43,083 nucleotides of DNA from an archaeon (lineage in GTDB: Archaea; Iainarchaeota; Iainarchaeia; Iainarchaeales; Iainarchaeaceae). The DNA is taken from positions 7,103 through 50,185 of the forward strand of contig JBBSVV010000005.1 of the NCBI GenBank assembly GCA_038046625.1, in the 5' to 3' direction. A model generated the notes under the pieces. It did no database searches, was not told where the DNA came from, and saw nothing but the letters and a program-made list of their open reading frames with translations. The position numbers and the translations under genes were made by a program. Below, piece after piece: positions 33,180 to 41,226 of this stretch (position 1 is the stretch's first letter; the number at the start of each line of letters is the position of its first letter).

Positions 33180-34070
33180 TCACAAAAAGTAAAGCGCGAC
33201 CCCGATTGGGATTATGCTCAGAACAGTACCCAGCACCACTGCGGTTGCCGCATTTTCCGGTTCGGCACCGAACTTTTCATTCAGAATATAACTGTTTATT
33301 GCCGGCGGCATCACGCTCTGCAGAAGAATCACTGAAGCAACTACGCCTGCGAGTCCGAAAAATTTGATGAAAAAAATTCCCGCAACCGCACCTACTGCAA
33401 GTCTCGAAAAAACACTCACCAGCGGAATCTTAAGCGAACTGATTTTCAGTTGCGCAAGCCTTCCTCCGAGCGCAATCAATGCCAATGGAATTGTAGCGGC
33501 ACCCACAGTGGAAAGCGCATTCACGGCAAGCGAAGGTACGTGAACCGAGTAATAATTCAGCGCCACTCCGAGCACAATCGCATAAATCAAAGGTATTTTG
33601 AAAATTGCCGCGAGGCGCTCACGCTTCCTTTTCGAACTGCTCTGCGCAAGGAAAATTCCTATTGAAAACATCGCCACGGTTGCGAATGCGTCAAAAATAA
33701 TCGCCTTATGCAAACCAAGTTCGCCAAATGCAAACAAAATTATCGGGAACCCAAGGTAGCCGGAATTCATGAATGCGGCGGGAAGAAGCATCCCGTTCCC
33801 TTTATGGTTCATGAGCCTGAATGCAATGAACGCGAACAGCCCTGAACAGAGCATGATAAAAATTGCCGCGAGCCCGAGGTAAAAAAAGTCCCCGGGAATA
33901 AGTTCCTTGGAGTAAATTGAAGAAAAGGCCAGTGCCGGCCCGGTAACGTAAATCAGGATGTTTGCCATTGACTGCGTGTCGAAGCCGATTTTTTTGTGCA
34001 CTGCAAATCCTATTGCAATGACGAGAAAAGCGGCAAGCAGCGGGTCGAAAAGCATACAATAATTTAGCAA
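33180..34070 (-). CDS. AEC (auxin efflux carrier) family permease
   Basis: 296 aa with about 9-10 TM segments and the typical AEC N-terminus (LLAAFLVIAIGF). Confidence 0.8.
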   Translation of the reverse strand: MLNYCMLFDPLLAAFLVIAIGFAVHKKIGFDTQSMANILIYVTGPALAFSSIYSKELIPGDFFYLGLAAIFIMLCSGLFAFIAFRLMNHKGNGMLLPAAFMNSGYLGFPIILFAFGELGLHKAIIFDAFATVAMFSIGIFLAQSSSKRKRERLAAIFKIPLIYAIVLGVALNYYSVHVPSLAVNALSTVGAATIPLALIALGGRLAQLKISSLKIPLVSVFSRLAVGAVAGIFFIKFFGLAGVVASVILLQSVMPPAINSYILNEKFGAEPENAATAVVLGTVLSIIPIGVALYFL

Positions 34071-34213
34071 AAACAGAATAAATAGTTAGCTTTTGATGCG
34101 GGCAACTGGTTTAATAAACTCTTTTAAAGGGAATTTTGTCGGTAGAAAGCAAAAATGTGTGGAAGAATAACTTTCTCTTACAAGTGTTTTTTGGCTAGGA
34201 AAGGCGATTTTAA

Positions 34214-35590
34214 GTGAATTTTGAGGAACTGAACATAGTACCGCAGCTGAAAGAAGCCGCAAAGAAAATGAATTACATCACCGCAACCGATGTGCAGGTG
34301 AAGTCAATACAATTGATGCTTGCGGGCCACAATGTCGTTGTCCAGAGCCACACGGGCTCGGGAAAAACCGCGGCATTCGGCATCCCGATTTCAGAAAAAA
34401 TTTTCACCGGCAAATCAAGGGGCGCACTCATACTCTGTCCGACGCGTGAGCTCGCGCTGCAGGTGAAGAACGAGATTGCAAAACTGAATTTCAGGACACG
34501 CCTCAACGTCTCGGCGTTTTACGGCGGCCACGGAATGTCCATTGAAATAAGGGCCGCGAGGCAGGGCGTTGACATCCTCTGCGCAACCCCGGGAAGGCTG
34601 TTGGATCACTTCCGCAGCGGCACTGTGAACCCAAAGCAGTTTGACACAGTTGTCCTTGATGAGGCCGACCGCCTGCTGGACATGGGGTTCATACACGATT
34701 TGAGGGACATTCTGGAGGCCGTGAAGCCCACAAAAACGCATTTGTTTTCGGCAACGCTTGCCGGAAAAGTTGCGGGCCTGATTGACGAGTACATTCCGAG
34801 TTACGAGGAAATAATTATTCCGCAGGAAATAATCGGGATAAACATCATAGAGAGGCACATAAAGGTTGACAGGGGCCAGAAGCTTGACGCGCTTTTGGAA
34901 ATAATCGGGGAAGCCAAGGACGGAAGGGTGCTTGTTTTTGTTTCAACAAAGAGGGGCGCCGATTTTGTCGCGAGGAAGCTCTATAAAAGCGGCCTCAAGG
35001 CCGAGACAATCCACGGTGACAAATCACAAAGGGCCCGCGAGTTTGCCCTCGAAAACTTCAAGAGCGGCAAAGTAAAAATCCTTGTTGCCACTGATGTTGC
35101 CGCGCGCGGCCTGCAGATTGACAACGTGGAATATGTCGTGAATTATGATTTGGCGAATGATGCCGACATGCACAAGCACCGCATAGGAAGGACCGGAAGA
35201 ATGGGCGGAAAGGGGGAAGCCATAAGTTTTGTCTCGCAGGAAGGCGTCGTAATCGAGCCCAAAAGGTTCCAAAGGGGCGGTGGCGGAAATAATTACCGCG
35301 GAGGCCAGCGTCATGGCGGGAACCAGTACCACGGCGGCGGGAGCCAGCAGGACAATTCAGGCTTCAATAAGGGAAGCCGCTACAACATGGTTGGCTTTGA
35401 TGAAGCGGATGCATACGGCACAAAGGGCCCGCGCACCGAAACTTATAGCCCACGCGGGAACAGGAATCAATCCGGCGAAAGGCCTCAAGGCCACGGCGGA
35501 TTCGGCCATGGAAGGGGCGGCGGAAATCGCGGCCAAGGCGGAAGGGACAGGAACAGGCAGCGCGGAAACAGGCGCGGAAGCAACTGGTGA
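34214..35590 (+). CDS. DEAD-box ATP-dependent RNA helicase with Gly/Arg/Asn-rich C-terminal tail
   Basis: AQSHTGSGKTAAF-like Walker A (QSHTGSGKTAAF), DEAD (LDEADRLLD), SAT, and HRIGRTGRMG motifs. GTG start. The last 100 aa or so are low-complexity GG/RG. Confidence 0.9.
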   Translation: MNFEELNIVPQLKEAAKKMNYITATDVQVKSIQLMLAGHNVVVQSHTGSGKTAAFGIPISEKIFTGKSRGALILCPTRELALQVKNEIAKLNFRTRLNVSAFYGGHGMSIEIRAARQGVDILCATPGRLLDHFRSGTVNPKQFDTVVLDEADRLLDMGFIHDLRDILEAVKPTKTHLFSATLAGKVAGLIDEYIPSYEEIIIPQEIIGINIIERHIKVDRGQKLDALLEIIGEAKDGRVLVFVSTKRGADFVARKLYKSGLKAETIHGDKSQRAREFALENFKSGKVKILVATDVAARGLQIDNVEYVVNYDLANDADMHKHRIGRTGRMGGKGEAISFVSQEGVVIEPKRFQRGGGGNNYRGGQRHGGNQYHGGGSQQDNSGFNKGSRYNMVGFDEADAYGTKGPRTETYSPRGNRNQSGERPQGHGGFGHGRGGGNRGQGGRDRNRQRGNRRGSNW

Positions 35591-35629
35591 ACAACCCAAC
35601 CCCCTGCTGGGGATTCCGTTGACGGTGGG

Positions 35630-35650
35630 TTACAGGCAGATAAAATTATT
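35630..35650 (+). repeat. 3'-end motif copy I (TTACAGGCAGATAAAATTATT)
   Basis: Same TTRCAGGC + AAAATTATT arrangement as copies E and F, about 40 nt after the helicase stop. Confidence 0.4.
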
Positions 35651-35656
35651 CATCTG

Positions 35657-35716
35657 TGATGCATATTTAACAATACATTAAATGCGCATTCTTTATATAC
35701 TTAAATGTGCATAAAA
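35657..35716 (+). promoter_or_regulatory. ATG(N0-2)CAT palindromic boxes, candidate operators of TA locus 2
   Basis: TGATGCATAT (35657-35666), ATGCGCAT (35682-35689) and ATGTGCATAAAA (35705-35716). TGATGCATA is identical to the box at 5420-5428. Confidence 0.4.
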
Positions 35717-35723
35717 TAGATAG

Positions 35724-35969
35724 GTGATTTTTTTGAACATCAAGCTCGGGACACCTTACGAAGCCACCATGAAAAAGATTATAGACAAAGGATATGCCGG
35801 CAGCCAGACTGAAGTCATCAGGCAGGCACTAATGGCTTATGAGCGGATAATAGACGAGGAGGAAGTGAGGCTCGTCAATAAGGGCATAGCGGCTGAAATG
35901 GAGGAAATCCGCGCCGACATGAAAAGCACAAAAACGCTCGCCCAAATGAAGAAAAAGTACGGGTCGTGA
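35724..35969 (+). CDS. ribbon-helix-helix-type antitoxin (TA locus 2)
   Basis: NIKLGTPYEATMKKIIDKGYAGSQTEVIRQALMAY parallels the locus 1 antitoxin. The start is ambiguous: GTG at 35724, or TTG at 35733 preceded by GGTGA. Confidence 0.55.
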   Translation: MIFLNIKLGTPYEATMKKIIDKGYAGSQTEVIRQALMAYERIIDEEEVRLVNKGIAAEMEEIRADMKSTKTLAQMKKKYGS

Positions 35970-35973
35970 AACA

Positions 35974-36234
35974 GTGGAAGTGATATTCTCCCAAAAGGCC
36001 CAGAAAGCCCTCGATGAAATGGATAGCACATTAAGGGTAATGTTCCTCAAGCACGCGGAAAAAATCGCGTCCGGCTCGGAACAAAGGCACATGCGCTTCG
36101 GGCTGCCGTTCTATGCCGAGGAAGTCACAAGACAGGCAAGGCTCGTGTACAACTTCGAAGCCGGAAGCCTTTTCATAGTAAGGTGCTTTGCAACCCACAA
36201 AGAATACGAGAAATGGTACAAAAGCTACAAGTGA
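35974..36234 (+). CDS. RelE/ParE-superfamily-like toxin (TA locus 2)
   Basis: 86 aa with ...ARLVYNFEAGSLFIVRCFATHKEYEKWYKSYK. It is a paralog of 5691-5969, with a GTG start 4 nt after the antitoxin stop. Confidence 0.6.
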   Translation: MEVIFSQKAQKALDEMDSTLRVMFLKHAEKIASGSEQRHMRFGLPFYAEEVTRQARLVYNFEAGSLFIVRCFATHKEYEKWYKSYK

Positions 36235-36274
36235 CTTTGTCTCCATGGGGGAGGCCAAGAGCCATTTCACCTTA

Positions 36275-36291
36275 TTGCCCCGCGGGAGCAA
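36275..36291. terminator. hairpin between convergent toxin and leuB genes
   Basis: TTGCCCC-GCG-GGAGCAA has 7 bp with one mismatch (a G-U pair on the minus strand). It is followed on the plus strand by the T-rich CTTATTTATT. Confidence 0.3.
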
Positions 36292-36301
36292 CTTATTTAT
36301 T

Positions 36302-37378
36302 CTATTGTCCCTTAACCTGCTTTGCAATCAATTTTCCCATTTCAGATGTGCCCACAAGTTTTTTTCCTTCACTCATAATATCCTTTGTCCTGTTCTCCTG
36401 AATGGCTTTTTCAACCGCCTTTTCAATCTGCGCGGCCTCTTTTTCCAGTCCGAATGAGTGCCTCAAAAGCATTGCTCCAGAAAGCACTGCCGCAATTGGG
36501 TTTGCAACATCAAGGCCTGTATACTTTGGCGCCGAGCCATGAATCGGCTCGTACAAACCGAAACTCGTTTCCCCAAGGGAAGCGGAAGGAAGCATTCCCA
36601 AGGAACCCGTAACCATGGAACTCTCGTCGCTCAAAATGTCCCCAAACAAATTTCCCGTAACAATCACGTCGAACTGCGAGGGATTCTTTATGAGCTGCAT
36701 CGCGGCATTATCAACATAGCAATGTTCAAGTTCAACATCCTTATAGTTCTCGTGGACTTTTGTCACAACTTCTCTCCAAAGGGTAGAAGTGTAGAGAACA
36801 TTTGCTTTATCTACTGAAGTAACTTTTTTTCTTGGGCGTTTGCGCGCGAGCTCAAAGGCCTTTTTCGCAATCCTCTCCACTTCAAAGCGCGAATACTTCA
36901 TCAAATCGCTCCTCCATGTGTTTGCCTCATCCATGTCCTTTTTCCCGAAGTAAACGTCCCCCGTAAGCTCGCGCACAACAAGGATGTCGACGCCCTTCTC
37001 GATTATTTCCTTTTTCAGGGGCGAGGCATCCGCAAGCGCGGGATAAATTTTTGCCGGCCTCAAATTAGCGTACAGGTCAAAGATTTTCCTCAAAGGCAAA
37101 AGAGCCGCGCGCTCGGGCTGCTCCGCGGGAGGAAGCTTCTCCGCTCTCGGATCTCCGACAGCCCCAAGAAGGATTGCGTCAGAATTCCGGCACAGTTCAA
37201 TTGTTTCCTTGGGCAGGGCCTGGCCTTTATTTTCATACGCGGCGTAGCCTACCAAGGCTTCCTCAAAATCAAGTTCCAGCGAATTTTTTTCAGCAACAGC
37301 CTTCAGGCTCAAAATTGACTGCTTAATGATTTCCGGCCCGATGCCGTCGCCCGCAAGAACAGCGATTTTTTTCCCCAT
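36302..37378 (-). CDS. leuB: 3-isopropylmalate dehydrogenase
   Basis: 358 aa with NLFGDILSDE and GSAPKYTG-type motifs (HGSAPKYTG). Confidence 0.95.
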   Translation of the reverse strand: MGKKIAVLAGDGIGPEIIKQSILSLKAVAEKNSLELDFEEALVGYAAYENKGQALPKETIELCRNSDAILLGAVGDPRAEKLPPAEQPERAALLPLRKIFDLYANLRPAKIYPALADASPLKKEIIEKGVDILVVRELTGDVYFGKKDMDEANTWRSDLMKYSRFEVERIAKKAFELARKRPRKKVTSVDKANVLYTSTLWREVVTKVHENYKDVELEHCYVDNAAMQLIKNPSQFDVIVTGNLFGDILSDESSMVTGSLGMLPSASLGETSFGLYEPIHGSAPKYTGLDVANPIAAVLSGAMLLRHSFGLEKEAAQIEKAVEKAIQENRTKDIMSEGKKLVGTSEMGKLIAKQVKGQ

Positions 37379-37401
37379 AAACGATTAAATACTCGAGAAA
37401 A

Positions 37402-37409
37402 CTTATATA
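37402..37409 (-). promoter_or_regulatory. TATA-like box for leaderless leuB
   Basis: Minus-strand TATATAAG is centred about 27 nt upstream of the leuB ATG (37378), with no SD in between. Confidence 0.45.
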
Positions 37410-37416
37410 CCATTCT

Positions 37417-37953
37417 ATGGTTCCGCCACAACTGGAAGCCAATGATTTCCGCGGCGCCACGCCGCACATAAGGCAGCCTGATTTGTTCGAACAGCCCCAA
37501 AAAATCGAGGATTTGGTTGCGCGCCTCGTGAATTCAGGAACAATCATGAAGACGCGCTCGCACGGCAGGAGAAGGGAAAACCTCGCAAAGGAGGCGGCCG
37601 CGATTCTCGTGCAGCTCAATTCGTTCAGGTGCTTCGACCTGAAGAATCTCGTGGTTTTTCTCACGAACAAAAAAAACTATGGTGGTCTCGTGAATGAAAT
37701 AGGAATGATAAATTCAAGGGAACTCTTGCGAAGAGCCCTAATGAATCCTGATGTTTATTCCAGGCCCGCAGATAAGCAGGTTTTTGAAAGAACCAAAGCA
37801 GAGGTCCCTAAAGTCTTCAGAGAAATGGTTGCACTCGCGGAGCACGCCAACAAAGTCAGGCTTTCCAAGAAAGCGCACGCCCTTCCATTGAAACTGATGA
37901 TTGAAAGGGAGCAAAATTTGAGGGCATTAAAGCGCACGACAAGGCTCCGCTGA
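37417..37953 (+). CDS. hypothetical protein (basic, helical), start uncertain
   Basis: 178-codon ORF with no recognisable motifs. Its first codons overlap the leuB promoter, so a later ATG (for example 37546) is as likely. Confidence 0.35.
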   Translation: MVPPQLEANDFRGATPHIRQPDLFEQPQKIEDLVARLVNSGTIMKTRSHGRRRENLAKEAAAILVQLNSFRCFDLKNLVVFLTNKKNYGGLVNEIGMINSRELLRRALMNPDVYSRPADKQVFERTKAEVPKVFREMVALAEHANKVRLSKKAHALPLKLMIEREQNLRALKRTTRLR

Positions 37954-37960
37954 AATTTTT

Positions 37961-38977
37961 TTATTTTCTCCTGAACAGCGCGCGGATTTCCTTCCCTGTT
38001 TTCTCTATCTGGTGCGCATTCTGTTTTTCCCTGAGCGCATTGAAATTCTTTGCGCCCGAGCGGTACTCATTAATCCACTCGTTCGCAAACTTTCCCGATT
38101 CAACATCCTTCAGGATTTCCTTCATGCGCTTCTTGACATCAGGCCCGATGATTCTGGTTCCCCTTGTGCGTCCGCCGTACTCTGCAGTATTTGAAACTAC
38201 GTGCCACATGTGCGCCATGCCGCCCTCGTAAACCAAGTCAACAATCAGCTTCATTTCATGCAGGCACTCAAAATAAGCCATCTCAGGCGGATAACCTGCC
38301 TCGACAAGTGTTTCAAAGCCAGCGGTAATGAGTTCTGAAAGGCCGCCGCACAAAACAGCCTGTTCCCCGAACAAGTCCTCGTAAGTTTCCTGCTCAAAAG
38401 TGCATTCCAAAACACCCGCTCTTGTAAGGCCGACGCCTTTCGCCATTGCCAACGCGGTTTCCTTTGCCTTTCCAGAAACATTCTGTTTTACCGCAATCAA
38501 ACCAGGAACTCCGAAGCCCGCGAGGTACTGCTTCCTTTCTTCCGTTCCGGGCGATTTCGGCGCAAGCATAATAACGTCAATCTCCTTTGGTGGTTTTATG
38601 AAACCAAAACAAATGTTAAAACCATGCGAAAAAGAAAGAGTTTTCCCTTTCTTCATGTGCGGCCTAATGTCCTTCTCAAAAACTTCGCCCTGAACCTCGT
38701 CAGGAATCAAGACATGTACAATATCGGCTTTTGCCGCTGCTTCGGAAGTTTCAAAAACCCCAAAACCGTAACTCTTCGCGTCCTGCCAGCTCTTGCTGCC
38801 CTTCTTCAAGCCTACTATCACATTGAGGCCTGAGTCCTTCATGCACTGCGCCTGGGCCTTTCCCTGGGCGCCATAACCTATAACCGCGATTGTCCTTCCC
38901 TTGAGCACGGAATAATCCGCGGCATCATCATACATCAGATTCAAAACCATTCCAAAAACCCCCAAAAACCAAATCAT
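37961..38977 (-). CDS. ilvC: ketol-acid reductoisomerase
   Basis: GYGAQGKAQA, class I KARI length. The likely start is the ATG at 38950 (MVLNLMYDDAADYSVLKG). Confidence 0.95.
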   Translation of the reverse strand: MIWFLGVFGMVLNLMYDDAADYSVLKGRTIAVIGYGAQGKAQAQCMKDSGLNVIVGLKKGSKSWQDAKSYGFGVFETSEAAAKADIVHVLIPDEVQGEVFEKDIRPHMKKGKTLSFSHGFNICFGFIKPPKEIDVIMLAPKSPGTEERKQYLAGFGVPGLIAVKQNVSGKAKETALAMAKGVGLTRAGVLECTFEQETYEDLFGEQAVLCGGLSELITAGFETLVEAGYPPEMAYFECLHEMKLIVDLVYEGGMAHMWHVVSNTAEYGGRTRGTRIIGPDVKKRMKEILKDVESGKFANEWINEYRSGAKNFNALREKQNAHQIEKTGKEIRALFRRK

Positions 38978-38994
38978 TATTTGCCGGAAAACAA

Positions 38995-39462
38995 TTAAAT
39001 TACGTTCGTTCCGGAGCGCGACATTTCAACTATCTCAAACCCCTTTGAAACCGCTTCAATGAATTCCTTCATCCTTTCCGGCCTGTCAATGAATTCCACA
39101 ATTGCGCAGCCTTCCCTTGTTTCAAGCGTTTTTGCGCCGAAAGAATCCAGCATCTCTTTGAGGCCTTTCTTTGCCCTTATCTTGAAAAGGGCCTGCTCGC
39201 GCAAAAAAGCATCCTTTGCAGGAAAAACCTCGATTGAAATGACGTTGACCACTTTTCCGAGCTGGCTTTTTGCCTGCTGAACCTCATCCTCATTCCCCTT
39301 AATCATGAGCACAATGGTTGCCTCGTTCCTGTCAAAATGCCTGCCGACACACGCGGATGAAATGTTGTAGCCCTTCCTAGCAAGAAGTGTTGCAATCCTC
39401 GCCATTACGCCTTTCTGGTTTTCCACAAGCATTCTCAGAACATATTTTTCCATGCAAATCAC
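38995..39462 (-). CDS. ilvN: acetolactate synthase small (regulatory) subunit
   Basis: About 155 aa with an ACT domain (LRMLVENQKGVMARIATLLARKGYNISS). GTG at 39462 overlaps the ilvB stop (GTGA); an ATG at 39453 is an alternative. Confidence 0.9.
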   Translation of the reverse strand: MICMEKYVLRMLVENQKGVMARIATLLARKGYNISSACVGRHFDRNEATIVLMIKGNEDEVQQAKSQLGKVVNVISIEVFPAKDAFLREQALFKIRAKKGLKEMLDSFGAKTLETREGCAIVEFIDRPERMKEFIEAVSKGFEIVEMSRSGTNVI

Positions 39463-41147
39463 TTGAAATAATCCTTGCCTATCTTTTCTCCCCTCATTTC
39501 ACTGTTCGAGGCGCCGGCCGGCACAATCGGCAGGACAATCGCATCAGCCTTCACATGCACATTGATTATGGAAGTCTCGTCATTCTTCATCGCTTCCTGC
39601 AGCGCAGGCGCAATCTCCGAGTGCCTTTCAACAGTCAGTCCCTTGAGCGAATACGCCTGCGCGACCTTCTCGAAGTCAGGGATTTTTCCAAGCAAAACCT
39701 GGCTCCTCCTTCCCTCGTAAAACATGTCATTCCACGCGCGCACCATTCCCAGGTAACCGTTGTTCATGATTACATTAATGACTTTGACCTTGTTCACTTT
39801 CGCAGTCGCGAGCTCCTGCATAGTCATTACAAAAGAACCGTCGCCGTCAACATTGAAGACCTCCATGTCAGGGCAGGCAAATTTCGCGCCGATTGCCGCG
39901 GGAAACCCGAAACCCATTGTGCCAAGGCCTCCGGAAGTGATGAATTTTCTCGGCTTCGAGAACTTTATGAAGTGCGCAACATCCATCTGGTGCTCCCCGA
40001 CTCCAGTGGTCACGATCGTGTCATCCGTAAAAACCTTCTGAAGCTCGAACATCAATTTGCGCGGGTCAATGGGATTGGAATCAATGTTAATGTCCTCCGC
40101 ATACTCCTTCCGCATTACCTTCAGTTTTTCGTTCCACGCCTTGTTCTTCCACTGCATTTTCCTCACAATGCGCAGCATTTCCCCGAGAACCTCTTTTGCA
40201 TTCCCGAGTATTCCAAGCTGGGCTTTGCGGTTCTTGTGTATCTCGCTCGGGTCAATCTCAATGTGAATTACTTTTGCCTCCGGCGCAAACCCGCTCAAGT
40301 TTCCTGTTACGCGGTCGTCAAACCTTATTCCAATTGTAAAGAGCACATCACATTTCTGGATGGCATAAACCGCGGGAGGCTGGCCATGCATTCCAGTCAT
40401 GCCGAGCGAGAGAGGATGCCTTTCATCAAAAACCCCCTTGCCAGCTAGGGTGGTTGCAACCATTATATTGCATGTTTCCGCAAGCTCTTTAATCTCGTTG
40501 TGGCAGTTCGCGTGAACCGCGCCCCCTCCTGCAAGAAGCACGGGCCTTTGCGCCTCAAGCAGCATTCTGGACGCTTCCTTGATTGCTTCGGCATCAAAAC
40601 CGTTGATTACCTTATAACCCTTCAGCTTCACTTCTTTTTTTTCAGTAACCTCCTTTTGCTGCACATCCTTAGGCAACTCAATGTAAACCGGGCCCGGCCT
40701 GTTTGTCGAGGCAATGAAATAAGCCGCATCCACAATGCCGTCAATTTCGTTCGGGTCGGTAATCTGGAAATTGTGCTTCGTGATAGGCGTAGTAATTCCC
40801 ATCAAATCCGCTTCCTGGAACGCATCCTTTCCAATGAGGCTTGTGATAACCTGCCCGCCGATTGCAACCATGGGCACGGAATCCATGAACGCGTCCGCAA
40901 TACCCGTAACGAGATTTGTCGCGCCCGGGCCCGAAGTCCCGAGGCAAGTGCCTACCCTTCCCGAGGACTTTGCATAGCCCTCAGCCATGTGCGCGCCCCC
41001 CTGTTCGTGCCTCACGAGGATGTGCCTGAAAGAATTGTCCCTGTAAATTTCGTCATAAAAAGGAATCACGACCCCGCCGGGAATCCCGAACAGGCAGTCA
41101 ACGCCGTTCCTTTTCAGCGCCTCGAGAAAAACCTTTGCGCCCTTCAT
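39459..41147 (-). CDS. ilvB: acetolactate synthase large subunit
   Basis: 562 aa ThDP enzyme with GGLGTMGFGFPAAIGA and GDGSF motifs. Confidence 0.95.
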   Translation of the reverse strand: MKGAKVFLEALKRNGVDCLFGIPGGVVIPFYDEIYRDNSFRHILVRHEQGGAHMAEGYAKSSGRVGTCLGTSGPGATNLVTGIADAFMDSVPMVAIGGQVITSLIGKDAFQEADLMGITTPITKHNFQITDPNEIDGIVDAAYFIASTNRPGPVYIELPKDVQQKEVTEKKEVKLKGYKVINGFDAEAIKEASRMLLEAQRPVLLAGGGAVHANCHNEIKELAETCNIMVATTLAGKGVFDERHPLSLGMTGMHGQPPAVYAIQKCDVLFTIGIRFDDRVTGNLSGFAPEAKVIHIEIDPSEIHKNRKAQLGILGNAKEVLGEMLRIVRKMQWKNKAWNEKLKVMRKEYAEDINIDSNPIDPRKLMFELQKVFTDDTIVTTGVGEHQMDVAHFIKFSKPRKFITSGGLGTMGFGFPAAIGAKFACPDMEVFNVDGDGSFVMTMQELATAKVNKVKVINVIMNNGYLGMVRAWNDMFYEGRRSQVLLGKIPDFEKVAQAYSLKGLTVERHSEIAPALQEAMKNDETSIINVHVKADAIVLPIVPAGASNSEMRGEKIGKDYFK

Positions 41148-41226
41148 TCTACCGCCTCAACAGTTTCGGCTGTTGGGTACGACGGCGTACCCTTCGGGTA
41201 CACCTGACCTAACTTGCCTGCAAATC
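41148..41226 (-). repeat. stop/start-bridging intercistronic element, copy C (leuA|ilvB)
   Basis: 79 nt. Hairpins at 41187-41201 (GTACCC-GAA-GGGTAC in sense) and 41158-41175 (CAACAG-CCGAAA-CTGTTG). 26 nt are identical to copy A. The 28-codon mini-ORF 41144-41230 runs from a TTGA start overlap to an ATGA stop overlap. Confidence 0.8.

Noticed and set aside
35280-35681. Alternative-frame ORFs over the helicase 3' end (35280..35681 plus-strand, 35357..35599 minus-strand)
   Set aside because: They are generated by the GC-rich low-complexity GGN/CGN repeats that encode the Gly/Arg tail of the DEAD-box helicase. They are not independent genes.
39387-40448. Long antisense ORFs opposite well-supported genes (39387..40448, 40500..41207, 18232..19047, 27176..27958, 29816..30535, 22119..22763 and similar)
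   Set aside because: Each lies entirely antisense to a gene with clear enzyme motifs. The translations are low-complexity (Arg/Leu/Ser/Phe-rich) with no motifs. They are typical shadow ORFs caused by codon bias.
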